DNA of 64,000 nucleotides from the NCBI GenBank assembly GCA_950097015.1, contig CATNEN010000037.1:1736001-1800000 (forward strand), read 5' to 3'. Source of the stretch: Macrostomum hystrix. Taxonomy: Eukaryota; Animalia; Platyhelminthes. Position 1 is the first letter of the stretch, and every line of letters begins with the position of its first letter. Of this stretch, positions 23,421-34,527 are shown piece by piece. Below the pieces are notes generated by a model, which saw only the letters and a list, made by a program, of their open reading frames with translations, searched no databases and was not told where the DNA came from. The position numbers were made by a program, and so were the translations under genes.

Positions 23421-26400
23421 TTAATTGATTTGATTTTCGAAGCAGGATCCGAACGTAGAATCGCAGCAGGATCCATACATAGAATCGCAACAGGATCCAT
23501 ATGTAGAATCGCAGCAGGATCCATACATAGAATCGCAGCAGGATCCATATGTAGAATCGCAGCAGGATCCGTACATAGAATCGCAGCAGGATCCATATGT
23601 AGAATAGCAGCAGGATCCATAAGTAGAATCGCAGCAGGATCCATACGTAGAATCGCAGCAGGATCCATAAGTAGAATCGCAGCAGGATCCATACGTAGAA
23701 TCGCAGCAGGATCCATACGTAGAATCGCAGCAGGATCCATATGTAAAACCGCAGCAGGATCCATAAGTAGAACCGCAGCAGGATCCATATGTAGAATCGC
23801 AGCAGGATCCGTACATAGAATCGCAGCAGGATCCATATGTAGAATAGCAGCAGGATCCATAAGTAGAATCGCAGCAGGATCCATACGTAGAATCGCAGCA
23901 GGATCCATAAGTAGAATCGCAGCAGGATCCATATGTAGAATCGCAGCAGGATCCGTACATAGAATCGCAGCAGGATCCATATGTAGAATCGCAGCAGGAT
24001 CCATAAGTAGAACCGCAGCAGGATTCATAAGTAGAACCGCAGCAGGATCCATACATAGAATCGCAACAGGATCCATATGTAGAATAGCAGCAGAATCCGT
24101 ACATAGAATAACAGCAGGATCCGAGCGTAGAATCGCAGCAGGATCCATAAGTAGAATCGCAGCAGGATCCATACGTAAAATCGCAGCAGGATCCATAAGT
24201 AGAATCGCAGCAGGATCCATACATAGAATCGCAGCAGGATCCATAAGTAGAATCGCAGCAGGATCCATAAGTAGAATCGCAGCAGGATCCATAAGTAGAA
24301 TCGCAGCAGGATCCATATGTAGAACCGCAGCAGGATCCATAAGTAGAATCGCAGCAGGATCCATAAGTAGAATCGCAGCATGATCCGTAAGTAGAATCGC
24401 AGCAGGATCCATAAGTAGAATCGCAGCAGGATCCATAAGTAGAATCGCAGCAGGATCCATAAGTAGAATCGCAGCAGGATCCATAAGTAGAATCGCAGCA
24501 GGATCCATAAGTAGAATCGCAGCAGGATCCATAAGTAGAACCGCAGCAGGATCCATAAGTAGAATCGCAGCAGGATCCATAAGTAGAATCGCAGCATGAT
24601 CCGTAAGTAGAATCGCAACAGGATCCATAAGTAGAATCGCAACAGGATCCATAAGTAGAACCGCAGCAGGATCCATAAGTAGAATCGCAGCAGAATCCAT
24701 AAGTAGAATCGCAGCAGGATCCATAAGTAGAATCGCAGCAGGATCCATAAGTAGAATCGCAACAGGATCCATAAGTAGAACCGCAGCAGGATCCATAAGT
24801 AGAATCGCAACAGGATCCATAAGTAGAACCGCAGCAGGATCCATAAGTAGAATCGCAGCAGGATCCATAAGTAGAACCGCAGCAGGATCCATATGTAGAA
24901 CCGCAGCAGGATCCATATGTAGAACCGCAGCAGGATCCATAAGTGGAATCGCAACAGGATCCATAAGTAGAATCGCAGCAGGATCCATAAGTAGAATCGC
25001 AGCAGGATCCATATGTAAAACCGCAGCAGGATCCATAAGTAGAACCGCAGCAGGATCCATATGTAGAATCGCAGCAGGATCCGTACATAGAATCGCAGCA
25101 GGATCCATATGTAGAATCGCAGCAGGATCCATAAGTAGAACCGCAGCAGGATTCATAAGTAGAACCGCAGCAGGATCCATACATAGAATCGCAACAGGAT
25201 CCATATGTAGAATAGCAGCAGAATCCGTACATAGAATAACAGCAGGATCCGAACGTAGAATCGCAGCAGGATCCATAAGTAGAATCGCAGCAGGATCCAT
25301 ACGTAAAATCGCAGCAGGATCCATAAGTAGAATCGCAGCAGGATCCATACATAGAATCGCAGCAGGATCCATAAGTAGAATCGCAGCAGGATCCATAAGT
25401 AGAATCGCAGCAGGATCCATAAGTAGAATCGCAGCAGGATCCATATGTAGAACCGCAGCAGGATCCATAAGTAGAATCGCAGCATGATCCGTAAGTAGAA
25501 TCGCAGCAGGATCCATAAGTAGAATCGCAGCAGGATCCATAAGTAGAACCGCAGCAGGATCCATAAGTAGAATCGCAGCAGGATCCATAAGTAGAATCGC
25601 AGCATGATCCGTAAGTAGAATCGCAACAGGATCCATAAGTAGAATCGCAACAGGATCCATAAGTAGAACCGCAGCAGGATCCATAAGTAGAATCGCAGCA
25701 GAATCCATAAGTAGAATCGCAGCAGGATCCATAAGTAGAATCGCAGCAGGATCCATAAGTAGAATCGCAACAGGATCCATAAGTAGAACCGCAGCAGGAT
25801 CCATAAGTAGAATCGCAACAGGATCCATAAGTAGAACCGCAGCAGGATCCATAAGTAGAACCGCAACAGGATCCATAAGTAGAACCGCAGCAGGATCCAT
25901 ATGTAGAACCGCAGCAGGATCCATATGTAGAACCGCAGCAGGATCCATATGTAGAACCGCAGCAGGATCCATATGTAGAACCGCAGCAGGATCCATATGT
26001 AGAACCGCAGCAGGATCCATATGTAGAACCGCAGCAGGATCCATATGTAGAACCGCAGCAGGATCCATAAGTAGAACCGCAGCAGGATCCATAAGTAGAA
26101 TCGCAGCAGGATCCATAAGTAGAATCGCAGCATGATCCGTAAGTAGAATCGCAGCAGGATCCATAAGTAGAATCGCAGCAGGATCCATAAGTAGAATCGC
26201 AGCAGGATCCATAAGTAGAATCGCAGCAGGATCCATAAGTAGAATCGCAGCAGGATCCATAAGTAGAATCGCAGCAGGATCCATAAGTAGAACCGCAGCA
26301 GGATCCATAAGTAGAATCGCAGCAGGATCCATAAGTAGAATCGCAGCATGATCCGTAAGTAGAATCGCAACAGGATCCATAAGTAGAATCGCAACAGGAT

Positions 26401-27554
26401 CCATAAGTAGAACCGCAGCAGGATCCATAAGTAGAATCGCAGCAGAATCCATAAGTAGAATCGCAGCAGGATCCATAAGTAGAATCGCAGCAGGATCCAT
26501 AAGTAGAATCGCAACAGGATCCATAAGTAGAACCGCAGCAGGATCCATAAGTAGAATCGCAACAGGATCCATAAGTAGAACCGCAGCAGGATCCATAAGT
26601 AGAACCGCAACAGGATCCATAAGTAGAACCGCAGCAGGATCCATATGTAGAACCGCAGCAGGATCCATATGTAGAACCGCAGCAGGATCCATATGTAGAA
26701 CCGCAGCAGGATCCATATGTAGAACCGCAGCAGGATCCATATGTAGAACCGCAGCAGGATCCATATGTAGAACCGCAGCAGGATCCATATGTAGAAACCG
26801 CAGCAGGATCCATAAGTAGAACCGCAGCAGGATCCATAAGTAGAACCGCAGCAGGATCCATATGTAGAACCGCAGCAGGATCCATAAGTAGAATCGCAGC
26901 AGGATCCATAAGTAGAACCGCAGCAGGATCCATATGTAGAACCGCAGCAGGATCCATAAGTAGAATCGCAGCAGGATCCATAAGTAGAATCGCAGCAGGA
27001 TCCATATGTAGAACCGCAGCAGGATCCATAAGTAGAACCGCAGCAGGATCCATAAGTAGAACCGCAGCAGGATCCATATGTAGAACCGCAGCAGGATCCA
27101 TAAGTGGAATCGCAGCAGGATCCATATGTAGAACCGCAGCAGGATCCATAAGTAGAACCGCAGCAGGATCCATAAGTAGAACCGCAGCAGGATCCATATG
27201 TAGAACCGCAGCAGGATCCATAAGTAGAATCGCAGCAGGATCCATAAGTAGAACCGCAGCAGGATCCATATGTAGAACCGCAGCAGGATCCATAAGTAGA
27301 ATCGCAGCAGGATCCATAAGTAGAATCGCAGCAGGATCCATATGTAGAACCGCAGCAGGATCCATAAGTAGAACCGCAGCAGGATCCATAAGTAGAACCG
27401 CAGCAGGATCCATATGTAGAACCGCAGCAGGATCCATAAGTGGAATCGCAGCAGGATCCATATGTAGAACCGCAGCAGGATCCATAAGTAGAACCGCAGC
27501 AGGATCCATATGTAGAACCGCAGCAGGATCCATATGTAGAACCGCAGCAGGATC
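23421..27554 (-). CDS. Putative terminal exon encoding a Cys/Tyr-rich octapeptide repeat (TYGSCC[D/G]S)n; one frameshift near 26797
   Basis: Acceptor ATAATTTTCACTAG| at the array edge, in phase 1 with this frame. About half of the variant types are synonymous in this frame and CC is invariant. Stop TAA at 23421-23423. No upstream exon identified. Confidence 0.35.
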   Translation of the reverse strand, partial: DPAAVLHMDPAAVLHMDPAAVLLMDPAAVLHMDPAAIPLMDPAAVLHMDPAAVLLMDPAAVLLMDPAAVLHMDPAAILLMDPAAILLMDPAAVLHMDPAAVLLMDPAAILLMDPAAVLHMDPAAVLLMDPAAVLLMDPAAVLHMDPAAIPLMDPAAVLHMDPAAVLLMDPAAVLLMDPAAVLHMDPAAILLMDPAAILLMDPAAVLHMDPAAVLLMDPAAILLMDPAAVLHMDPAAVLLMDPAAVLLMDPAAVSTYGSCCGSTYGSCCGSTYGSCCGSTYGSCCGSTYGSCCGSTYGSCCGSTYGSCCGSTYGSCCGSTYGSCCGSTYGSCCDSTYGSCCGSTYGSCCDSTYGSCCDSTYGSCCDSTYGFCCDSTYGSCCGSTYGSCCDSTYGSCCDSTYGSCCDSTYGSCCDSTYGSCCGSTYGSCCDSTYGSCCDSTYGSCCDSTYGSCCDSTYGSCCDSTYGSCCDSTYGSCCDSTYGSCCDSTYGSCCGSTYGSCCGSTYGSCCGSTYGSCCGSTYGSCCGSTYGSCCGSTYGSCCGSTYGSCCGSTYGSCCGSTYGSCCGSTYGSCCGSTYGSCCDSTYGSCCGSTYGSCCDSTYGSCCDSTYGSCCDSTYGFCCDSTYGSCCGSTYGSCCDSTYGSCCDSTYGSCCDSTYGSCCDSTYGSCCGSTYGSCCDSTYGSCCDSTYGSCCDSTYGSCCGSTYGSCCDSTYGSCCDSTYGSCCDSTYGSCCDSMYGSCCDSTYGSCCDFTYGSCCDSTYGSCCDSTFGSCCYSMYGFCCYSTYGSCCDSMYGSCCGSTYESCCGSTYGSCCDSTYGSCCDSMYGSCCDSTYGSCCGSTYGSCCGFTYGSCCDSTYGSCCDSTYGSCCDSTYGSCCGSTYGSCCGSTYGSCCGSTYGSCCDSTYGSCCGSTYGSCCDSTYGSCCGSTYGSCCDSTYGSCCDSTYGSCCDSTYGFCCDSTYGSCCGSTYGSCCDSTYGSCCDSTYGSCCDSTYGSCCDSTYGSCCGSTYGSCCDSTYGSCCDSTYGSCCDSTYGSCCDSTYGSCCDSTYGSCCDSTYGSCCDSTYGSCCDSTYGSCCGSTYGSCCDSTYGSCCDSTYGSCCDSTYGSCCDSMYGSCCDSTYGSCCDFTYGSCCDSTYGSCCDSTLGSCCYSMYGFCCYSTYGSCCDSMYGSCCGSTYESCCGSTYGSCCDSTYGSCCDSMYGSCCDSTYGSCCDSTYGSCCDSTYGSCCDSTYGSCCYSTYGSCCDSMYGSCCDSTYGSCCGSTYGSCCGFTYGSCCDSTYGSCCDSTYGSCCDSTYGSCCDSTYGSCCDSTYGSCCYSTYGSCCDSMYGSCCDSTYGSCCDSMYGSCCDSTYGSCCDSMYGSCCDSTFGSCFENQIN

Positions 27555-27555
27555 C
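23441..27555. repeat. 24-bp tandem array (GTAGAATCGCAGCAGGATCCATAA), ~171 copies with higher-order duplications
   Basis: Directly visible; a single 1-bp insertion near 26797. Confidence 0.97.
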
Positions 27556-28180
27556 TAGTGAAAATTATATTTTAGCAAATTGACTTTCTTTACAATAGAG
27601 ATTTCGGTTTTTTTACGGAAACTGGTGACAAAAATATTTTCCCTTATTCGAAGTATACAGCACAGTTTTCCCATATTTTTAGACCACAATACCTTACAAA
27701 TGCGTTCCCTAGGCCCCACTAAAAACAGAAACAAAAATAGAACTGGAAAGTCAGATTTCGAGTGCAGGAATTTCTTAGCCATAACATTGGGTGAAGAAGA
27801 CTTTCTAGTGCAGCAGCAGCAGCAGAGTCTCCTGTCTGAATGCACAATAAATCACTGGCTATCGAGCCAGTATGCCTAAAATGAATGGAATGTGTCATCT
27901 GCGAGTGTGTCTATAGCGATTCCAGATGCCACCCTGAGCTAATAAATATATTCTAGAAGATTAGATCTAGATAACGCTTTCCCCCTCTTACGCGGAATGA
28001 CGCTAGGCCTTAAAATAAAATTAAGCAATTTGAAGCTAACGCAGGTGCTGTTTCGATGGTGCGAATTTTTTATTTCATTCTTTCAGAGTAGTTAATTTGA
28101 TGGCAAATAATTTGATTATCTTTTTATTACATTTGAATGCAACTAGTTTTTTTCAGATAAAAAATAATGAAGAAAGAGAA

Positions 28181-29180
28181 GGCTAATGGATAATCCTGAT
28201 GGATGGAAAAGGCTAATAGATAGTTCTGATGGATAAAAAAGGCTAATAGATAATTCTGATGGATGGAAAAGGCTAATAGATAATTCTGATGGATGGAAAA
28301 GGCTAATAGATAATTCTGATGGATGGAAAAGGCTAATAGATAGTTCTGATGGATAAAAAAGGCTAATAGATAATTCTGATGGATGGAAAAGGCTAATAGA
28401 TAATTCTGATGGATGGAAAAGGCTAATGGATAATTCTGATGGATGGAAAAGGCTAATAGATAATTCTGATGGATGGAAAAGGCTAATAGATAATTCTGAT
28501 GGATGGAAAAGGCTAATGGATAATACTGATGGATGGAAAAGGCTAATGGATAATACTGATGGATGGAAAAGGCTAATAGATATTACTGATGGATGGAAAA
28601 GGCTAATAGATAATTCTGATGGATGGAAAAGGCTAATAGATAATTCTGATGGATGGAAAAGGCTAATAGATAATTCTGATGGATGGAAAAGGCTAATGGA
28701 TAATACTGATGGATGGAAAAGGCTAATGGATAATACTGATGGATGGAAAAGGCTAATAGATAATTCTGATGGATGGAAAAGGCTAATAGATAATTCTGAT
28801 GGATGGAAAAGGCTAATGGATAATTCTGATGGATGGAAAAGGCTAATAGATAATTCTGATGGATGGAAAAGGCTAATAGATAATTCTGATGGATGGAAAA
28901 GGCTAATGGATAATACTGATGGATGGAAAAGGCTAATGGATAATACTGATGGATGGAAAAGGCTAATAGATAATTCTGATGGATGGAAAAGGCTAATAGA
29001 TAATTCTGATGGATGGAAATGGCTAATAGATAATTCTGATGGATGGAAAAGGCTAATAGATAATTCTGATGGATGGAAAAGGCTAATGGATAATTCTGAT
29101 GGATGGAAAGGCTAATGGATAATTCTGATGGATGAAATAGGCTAATGGATAATCCTGATGATTGGAAAAGGCTAATAGAA
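28181..29180 (+). repeat. 30-bp tandem array (GGCTAATAGATAATTCTGATGGATGGAAAA), ~33 copies
   Basis: Directly visible; early units contain in-frame TAA. Confidence 0.96.
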
Positions 29181-29649
29181 TCTGGTTTAAGCTGGGGTTC
29201 AAGCCTGTCGATTAATTTGATGGATCAAGGGAGAAATAATGTAATTCGGCATTTTCACAGCCGCCAACTCTTTTACTGTCGTATTATTTTTTCCTCTGAG
29301 CAAATCGTCAGGGGCTTCATTATTTCCAGATGAATTATTTCCGATCCTATAATTCGGCTAGACGGGGCGTTAATAATTTGGGCTGGATACACTCGCACAT
29401 AGACACAACGACCCGGAGCTCTGCAGTGAATGCATAGCTCGTATCCTTGCTGAAAATTTTGCCTGGCGGGGAGGCACTCGGTCAAAAGCAGCAGTCGAAG
29501 CAAAGAGAAATAATTGTTCCTCGTTTGTACTTTGCTTGTACTAGAAATCCAGTTCGATTATTAAATTAGTCGTCTCGACTTTCGGTTACTTGAATGCGGG
29601 ATTCGAAAATAGAGGATTCTGCGACATTAGTGCGACTCCAATATTCTGG

Positions 29650-30715
29650 GTTTTCCTATGTTCAGGTGATTTCCTGTGTTCAGGTGATTTCCTGTGTTCA
29701 GGTGATTTCCTGTGTTCAGGTGATTTCCTGTGTTCAGGTGATTTCCTGTGTTCAGGTGATTTCCTGTGTTCAGGGGATTTCCTGTGTTCAGGGGATTTCC
29801 TGTGTTCAGGTGATTTCCTGTGTTCAGGTGATTTCCTGTGTTCAGGTGATTTCCTGTGTTCAGGTGATTTCCTGTGTTCAGGTGATTTCCTGTGTTCAGG
29901 TGATTTCCTGTGTTCAGGTGATTTCCTGTGTTCAGGTGATTTCCTGTGTTCAGGTGATTTCCTGTGTTCAGGTGATTTCCTGTGTTCAGGTGATTTCCTG
30001 TGTTCAGGTGATTTCCTGTGTTCAGGTGATTTCCTGTGTTCAGGTGATTTCCTGTGTTCAGGTGATTTCCTGTGTTCAGGTGATTTCCTGTGTTCAGGTG
30101 ATTTCCTGTGTTCAGGTGATTTCCTGTGTTCAGGTGATTTCCTGTGTTCAGGTGATTTCCTGTGTTCAGGTGATTTCCTGTGTTCAGGTGATTTCCTGTG
30201 TTCAGGTGATTTCCTGTGTTCAGGTGATTTCCTGTGTTCAGGTGATTTCCTGTGTTCAGGTGATTTCCTATGGTCAAGGGATTTCCAATGTTCATGGGAT
30301 TTCCAATGTTCAAGGGATTTCCTATGTTCATGGGATTTCCTATGGTCAAGGGATTTCCTATTTTCTGGTATTTCCTATGTGCAAGGGATTTCCTATGTTT
30401 AAGGGATATCCTATGTTCAAGGGATTTCCAATGTTCATGGGATTTCCAATGTTCATGGGATTTCCTATGTTCATGGGATTTCCTATGGTCAAGGGATTTC
30501 CTATTTTCTGGTATTTCCTATGTACAAGGGATTTCCTATGTTTAAGGGATATCCTATGTTCAAGGGATTTCCAATGTTCATGGGATTTCCAATGTTCATG
30601 GGATTTCCTATGGTCAAGGGATTTCCTATGTTCAAGGGATTTCCTATGTTTAAGGGATTGCGTATGTTCAAGAGATTGCCTATGTTCAGGGCATTTCCAA
30701 TATTCATGGGATTTC
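29650..30715 (+). repeat. 18-bp tandem array (TGTTCAGGTGATTTCCTG): ~34 homogeneous units followed by ~25 diverged units
   Basis: Directly visible. Confidence 0.95.
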
Positions 30716-31540
30716 TTATTTTAAAGCATTACCGACATGCGGGAATTAGCAAAAATTTTCTAATGTTGCGATTCTAATATTCGCTGGGATTCTTAAATTC
30801 GGTGGGATTCTGATATCTAGTGGGATTATAATTATATTATTCCAATGAATTTAGTTAGTGGCAGTTTCTTTAAGAACTATTGCAAGTTGCTATTGTCAGA
30901 TATTTCCAGTGCCAGGAGTGAAATATTTGGTTAAAATTCTCACTCTGAAATGTCAGTGAAGTGAGATTTAGCGCGCATAATATCCTGTATCCTGTATCAG
31001 ATCAGACCGCAAGCATTTGATTAAATATTATAGAGCAATACTGCTAGCATTGCTGAGGGCAAAGGCTGAGCGAGTGAGGTATTGGTAGTCACGGCCCAAC
31101 GAATTTCGGCTTCTGGAGTCTAAAAACGGACGATGAATATGGCGCGCACAGGCTTTTGCACACTAGCTGTTCAATGTACTATATATGGCTAGGTCTGCCC
31201 AAATCCCATCTGTAATGCATCTCCTAGCGTGGGGAGAAAGAATGCAGAAGAAAATGGTGGATAATTTAAAACAGGGGCTAACTGTCAGCGGGTGAGTGAT
31301 TGGTCAAGTCTCTGCTTGTAAGCTGTCGGCCGAATCATCTAGCAGCTTGTATTCTGCTTTGCTCTGAATCCGAAGTCACGTGTTGCTAATGCGATGTTCA
31401 ATCAAATAGCGCCATTTTAGTTAGCGCCTGTTGCGCTGAAATTGCCGCTTGCGACTGTGTCAAGTTGCTTGTTTTTACAGCTTGATAAATAAAGCAAGAT
31501 TTGAACGATTGACTTCGGAATTTTTTTTATAAGCAATGGA

Positions 31541-31822
31541 AGTTATCGAGACTGTGGGGTATGAGGGGTTATCGAGACTGTGGGGTATTAGGGGTTATCG
31601 AGACTGTGGGGTATGAGGGGTTATCGAGACTGTGGGGTATTAGGGGTTATCGAGACTGTGGGGTATGAGGGGTTATCGAGACTGTGGGGTATTAGGGGTT
31701 ATCGAGACTGTGGGGTATTAGGGGTTACGAGACTGTGGGGTATTAGGGGTTACGAGACTGTGGGGTATGAGGGGTTATCGAGACTGTGGGGTATAAGGGG
31801 TTTTACAGACTGTGGGGTTTGA
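31541..31822 (+). repeat. 26-bp G-rich tandem array (GGGGTTATCGAGACTGTGGGGTATTA), ~10 copies
   Basis: Directly visible. Confidence 0.93.
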
Positions 31823-32435
31823 AAAGTGCTACTAGGTCTAGAAGTTGCGCACATTAGGCAAGGATCGTAGGCATTAGGATCGTAGGCAAGCAGTTAGTTA
31901 CGGATTTTTTGCTAAAAAGTTACAGAACTTTTTCATAAGCGTGATCTTGTTTTAAGTTAAGCAAAACAAAGCATTTGTGGCAGGATTTCTGCTCCATGAA
32001 GAAGGATTAAGTCCAATTTGGAGTGGAGATCGACAAACACACGAATTGGGATTGTTTGCTTCACAACGGAGGACTTTGCACAGCTTTTTTACATAGGAAA
32101 ACAATTTTGAGCATGAACTATAAGTTTGTTACCTAAGGTCGAACGTACTTTTTTCTGGAATTTCTGAATTCCATGGACCGCATTTTAGGCAAGCAGTTAG
32201 ATAATTATTATTTTACATAGTTTAGTTTGCATGCATAGTTTAGTCATGGACTATATACTCTCGCACGGTTATTAGACTCCATGAGACGATAAGTGTTACA
32301 CTAATGCAAAGACATAGCTCGTATTTATTTACAATAAAGAACATGACAAAAATAACATTTGTAGATACGAGCTAGATATCAATCAAAACCACATTGTGTG
32401 CTTTCTGGATTTTGATTGAAGATTAAATTCACCGA

Positions 32436-32504
32436 CTAAACCCATGAAATAGGCAGCTGATCAGTTGCAACAGCTTGCTGCTCATGCTGCTGCTGCTGCT
32501 GCTC

Positions 32505-32585
<81 letters not shown>

Positions 32586-32586
32586 A

Positions 32587-32644
<58 letters not shown>

Positions 32645-34079
32645 TTTGTCGCTGCTGCTGCTGCTGTTGCTGCTGTAGTTGCTGCTGTTGCTGCTGTAGT
32701 TGCTGCTGTTGCTGCTGCAGTAGCGGCCTCTCCTCGACGTTTTCCACAGTCGCTCCGTTGATTCCTTCCTCTCCCGCCTCTTCTCCTGCCGCCGTCGCCG
32801 CCGACAGTCCACGAGCCGACCGACGAAGGCGTCGACGCTGGGCCGAAGTGCGTCGAGACGCCAGCGGAACAGTAGAACTGAAAGCATCAATCGGGCCTTC
32901 TGCTGCTCTGCGAGCGTCCGCGCCACCGTCGCCAGCTCTGCCACCGCCGCCTGCGACGCCTTGGCTAACGCCGCCCCCGAAGCTGATCCTGTGGTTGCGA
33001 AGTCGGCGGGTGCAGAGAAGCCTCGCCAGCTCGCGCCGGAACAGAGTACCCGTGGCCAGGTAGACAAAAAACTTTAAAGCATTGTGACTGACTGCCAGGC
33101 CGCTCACTATGTGATTAGCGGCCAGGTGAGCGAAATAGGTGCGCAGCTGGGGCAGGCGGCCGTCGTCTATTTGTTGGCGCACCTGAGCGTCCGTCAGGTT
33201 GCAGGTGAGTCCCTCCAGGTCGGTTCCAACCAGGCTGATGCTGGCAAACAGCAGCGCCGTCACGGGCAGCATCGCGCCGATCTGGTAGAAGGAGACGCTT
33301 AACAGCGTCACGGTGGCGGCCGTCGGTTGGCGCCGTTGCATCGGCCTGTCCGACGAGGTCGTCAATTCGGAAACAACGGCTGCTCCGCCGGCTCCGCTGG
33401 CAGCTGAGCGTCTCACCTGGGCCAGCACCAGCAGGTTGAAAGCCAAGATGGTCAATGGTGCTACGGCGAAGAACAGCACCTCGGTGATCTTTGTCCAGAC
33501 ACTGTAGAAGCGGTGCTGCGCGGTGCCGCCCTCCAGAATGCGCTCGTCCTCGGTGCAGATGCCTCTGACAGCGTCGTAGCGATAGAATCGCAGCTGCATC
33601 AGCGCCACCAGCAGACAGCCCGCGGTCAGGCAGGCGGTGGCGGCGAGAGCGCGGCGCACGGTGCAGAGCCGGTGGCTGCTGAAAGGATGGCAGATGCCGA
33701 TGTAGCGCTCAACTGTGAAGGCCAGAATTAGCGCCGGAGACAGATACTGCATGCACATGCTGTAGACTGGGAATGTCCAGCAAACTGGTCGATTGTCAAG
33801 CACCTGGACATTGTAGTATTCGCGCAGGTGCCAGGGCAGCTGCTGCATCAGCAGGAATAGTGCGTCCAGTACCGCCAGGGCGCACAGGTAGATGCTGGAG
33901 CTGCTGAGCATTCGCCGACTGCTCCACACGGCCAGGCTGAGCAGGCTGCCGGGCAAGCCGACGGCCAGCCAGACTGGGATCAGCGAGCGGACCAGGTGCA
34001 CGCTGTAGGGCACGAAGGCCAGGCTTAGACTGAGACTGCTGCCGTGCCGGCTTAACAGGCCCATGCAGCTGTCGTTCAT
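32436..34079 (-). CDS. Intronless rhodopsin-class (A) neuropeptide-receptor-like GPCR with C-terminal polyQ, 547 aa
   Basis: Seven hydrophobic segments; GLPGSLLS (TM1), SSSIYLCALAVLD (TM2), FTVERYIGICHPF (ERY), FAVAPLTILAFN (TM5) and ALKFFVYLATGTLFRREL (TM7/helix 8). The pattern is typical of the invertebrate FMRFamide/myosuppressin-like receptor group. Confidence 0.93.
32465..32722 (-). repeat. Coding (CAG/CAA)n polyglutamine tract with HE, L and RQK interruptions
   Basis: About 85 codons, in frame with the GPCR before its stop. Confidence 0.9.
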
Positions 34080-34083
34080 GACT

Positions 34084-34527
34084 GGCTAGATAGCTGGCTG
34101 GCTAGATAGCTGGCTGGCTGGATAGCTGGCTGGCTAGATAGCTGGCTGGCTGGATAGCTGGCTGGCTGGATAGCTAGCTGGCTGGATAGCTGTCTGGCTG
34201 GATAGCTGGCTGGCTAGATAGCTGGCTGGCTGGATAGCTGGCTGGCTGGATAGCTGGCTGGCTAGATAGCTGGCTGGCTGGATAGCTGGCTGGCTGGATA
34301 GCTGGCTGGCTGGATAGCTGTCTGGCTGGATAGCTGGCTGGCTAGATAGCTGGCTGGCTGGATAGCTGGCTGGCTAGATAGCTGGCTGGCTGGATAGCTG
34401 GCTGGCTGGATAGCTGGCTGGTTGGATAGCTGGCTGGCTAGATAGCTGGCTGGCTGGATAGCTGGCTGGCTAGATAGCTGGCTGGCTGGATAGCTGGCTG
34501 GTTGGATAGCTGGCTGGTTGGATAGCT
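34084..34527 (+). repeat. 12-bp microsatellite (GCTGGCTGGATA)n, ~37 copies
   Basis: Directly visible; begins ~5 bp upstream of the GPCR ATG. Confidence 0.95.

Noticed and set aside
23345-26788. MDPAAILL and WILLRFYL reading frames of the 24-bp array
   Set aside because: Most variants are non-synonymous in these frames; only the YGSCC frame shows a coding-like pattern.
28426-30724. ORFs from the 30-bp and 18-bp arrays (DNSDGWKRL, SGDFLC, NTGNHL)
   Set aside because: Repeat artefacts: in-frame stops in neighbouring units, frame-breaking indels and no splice or start context.
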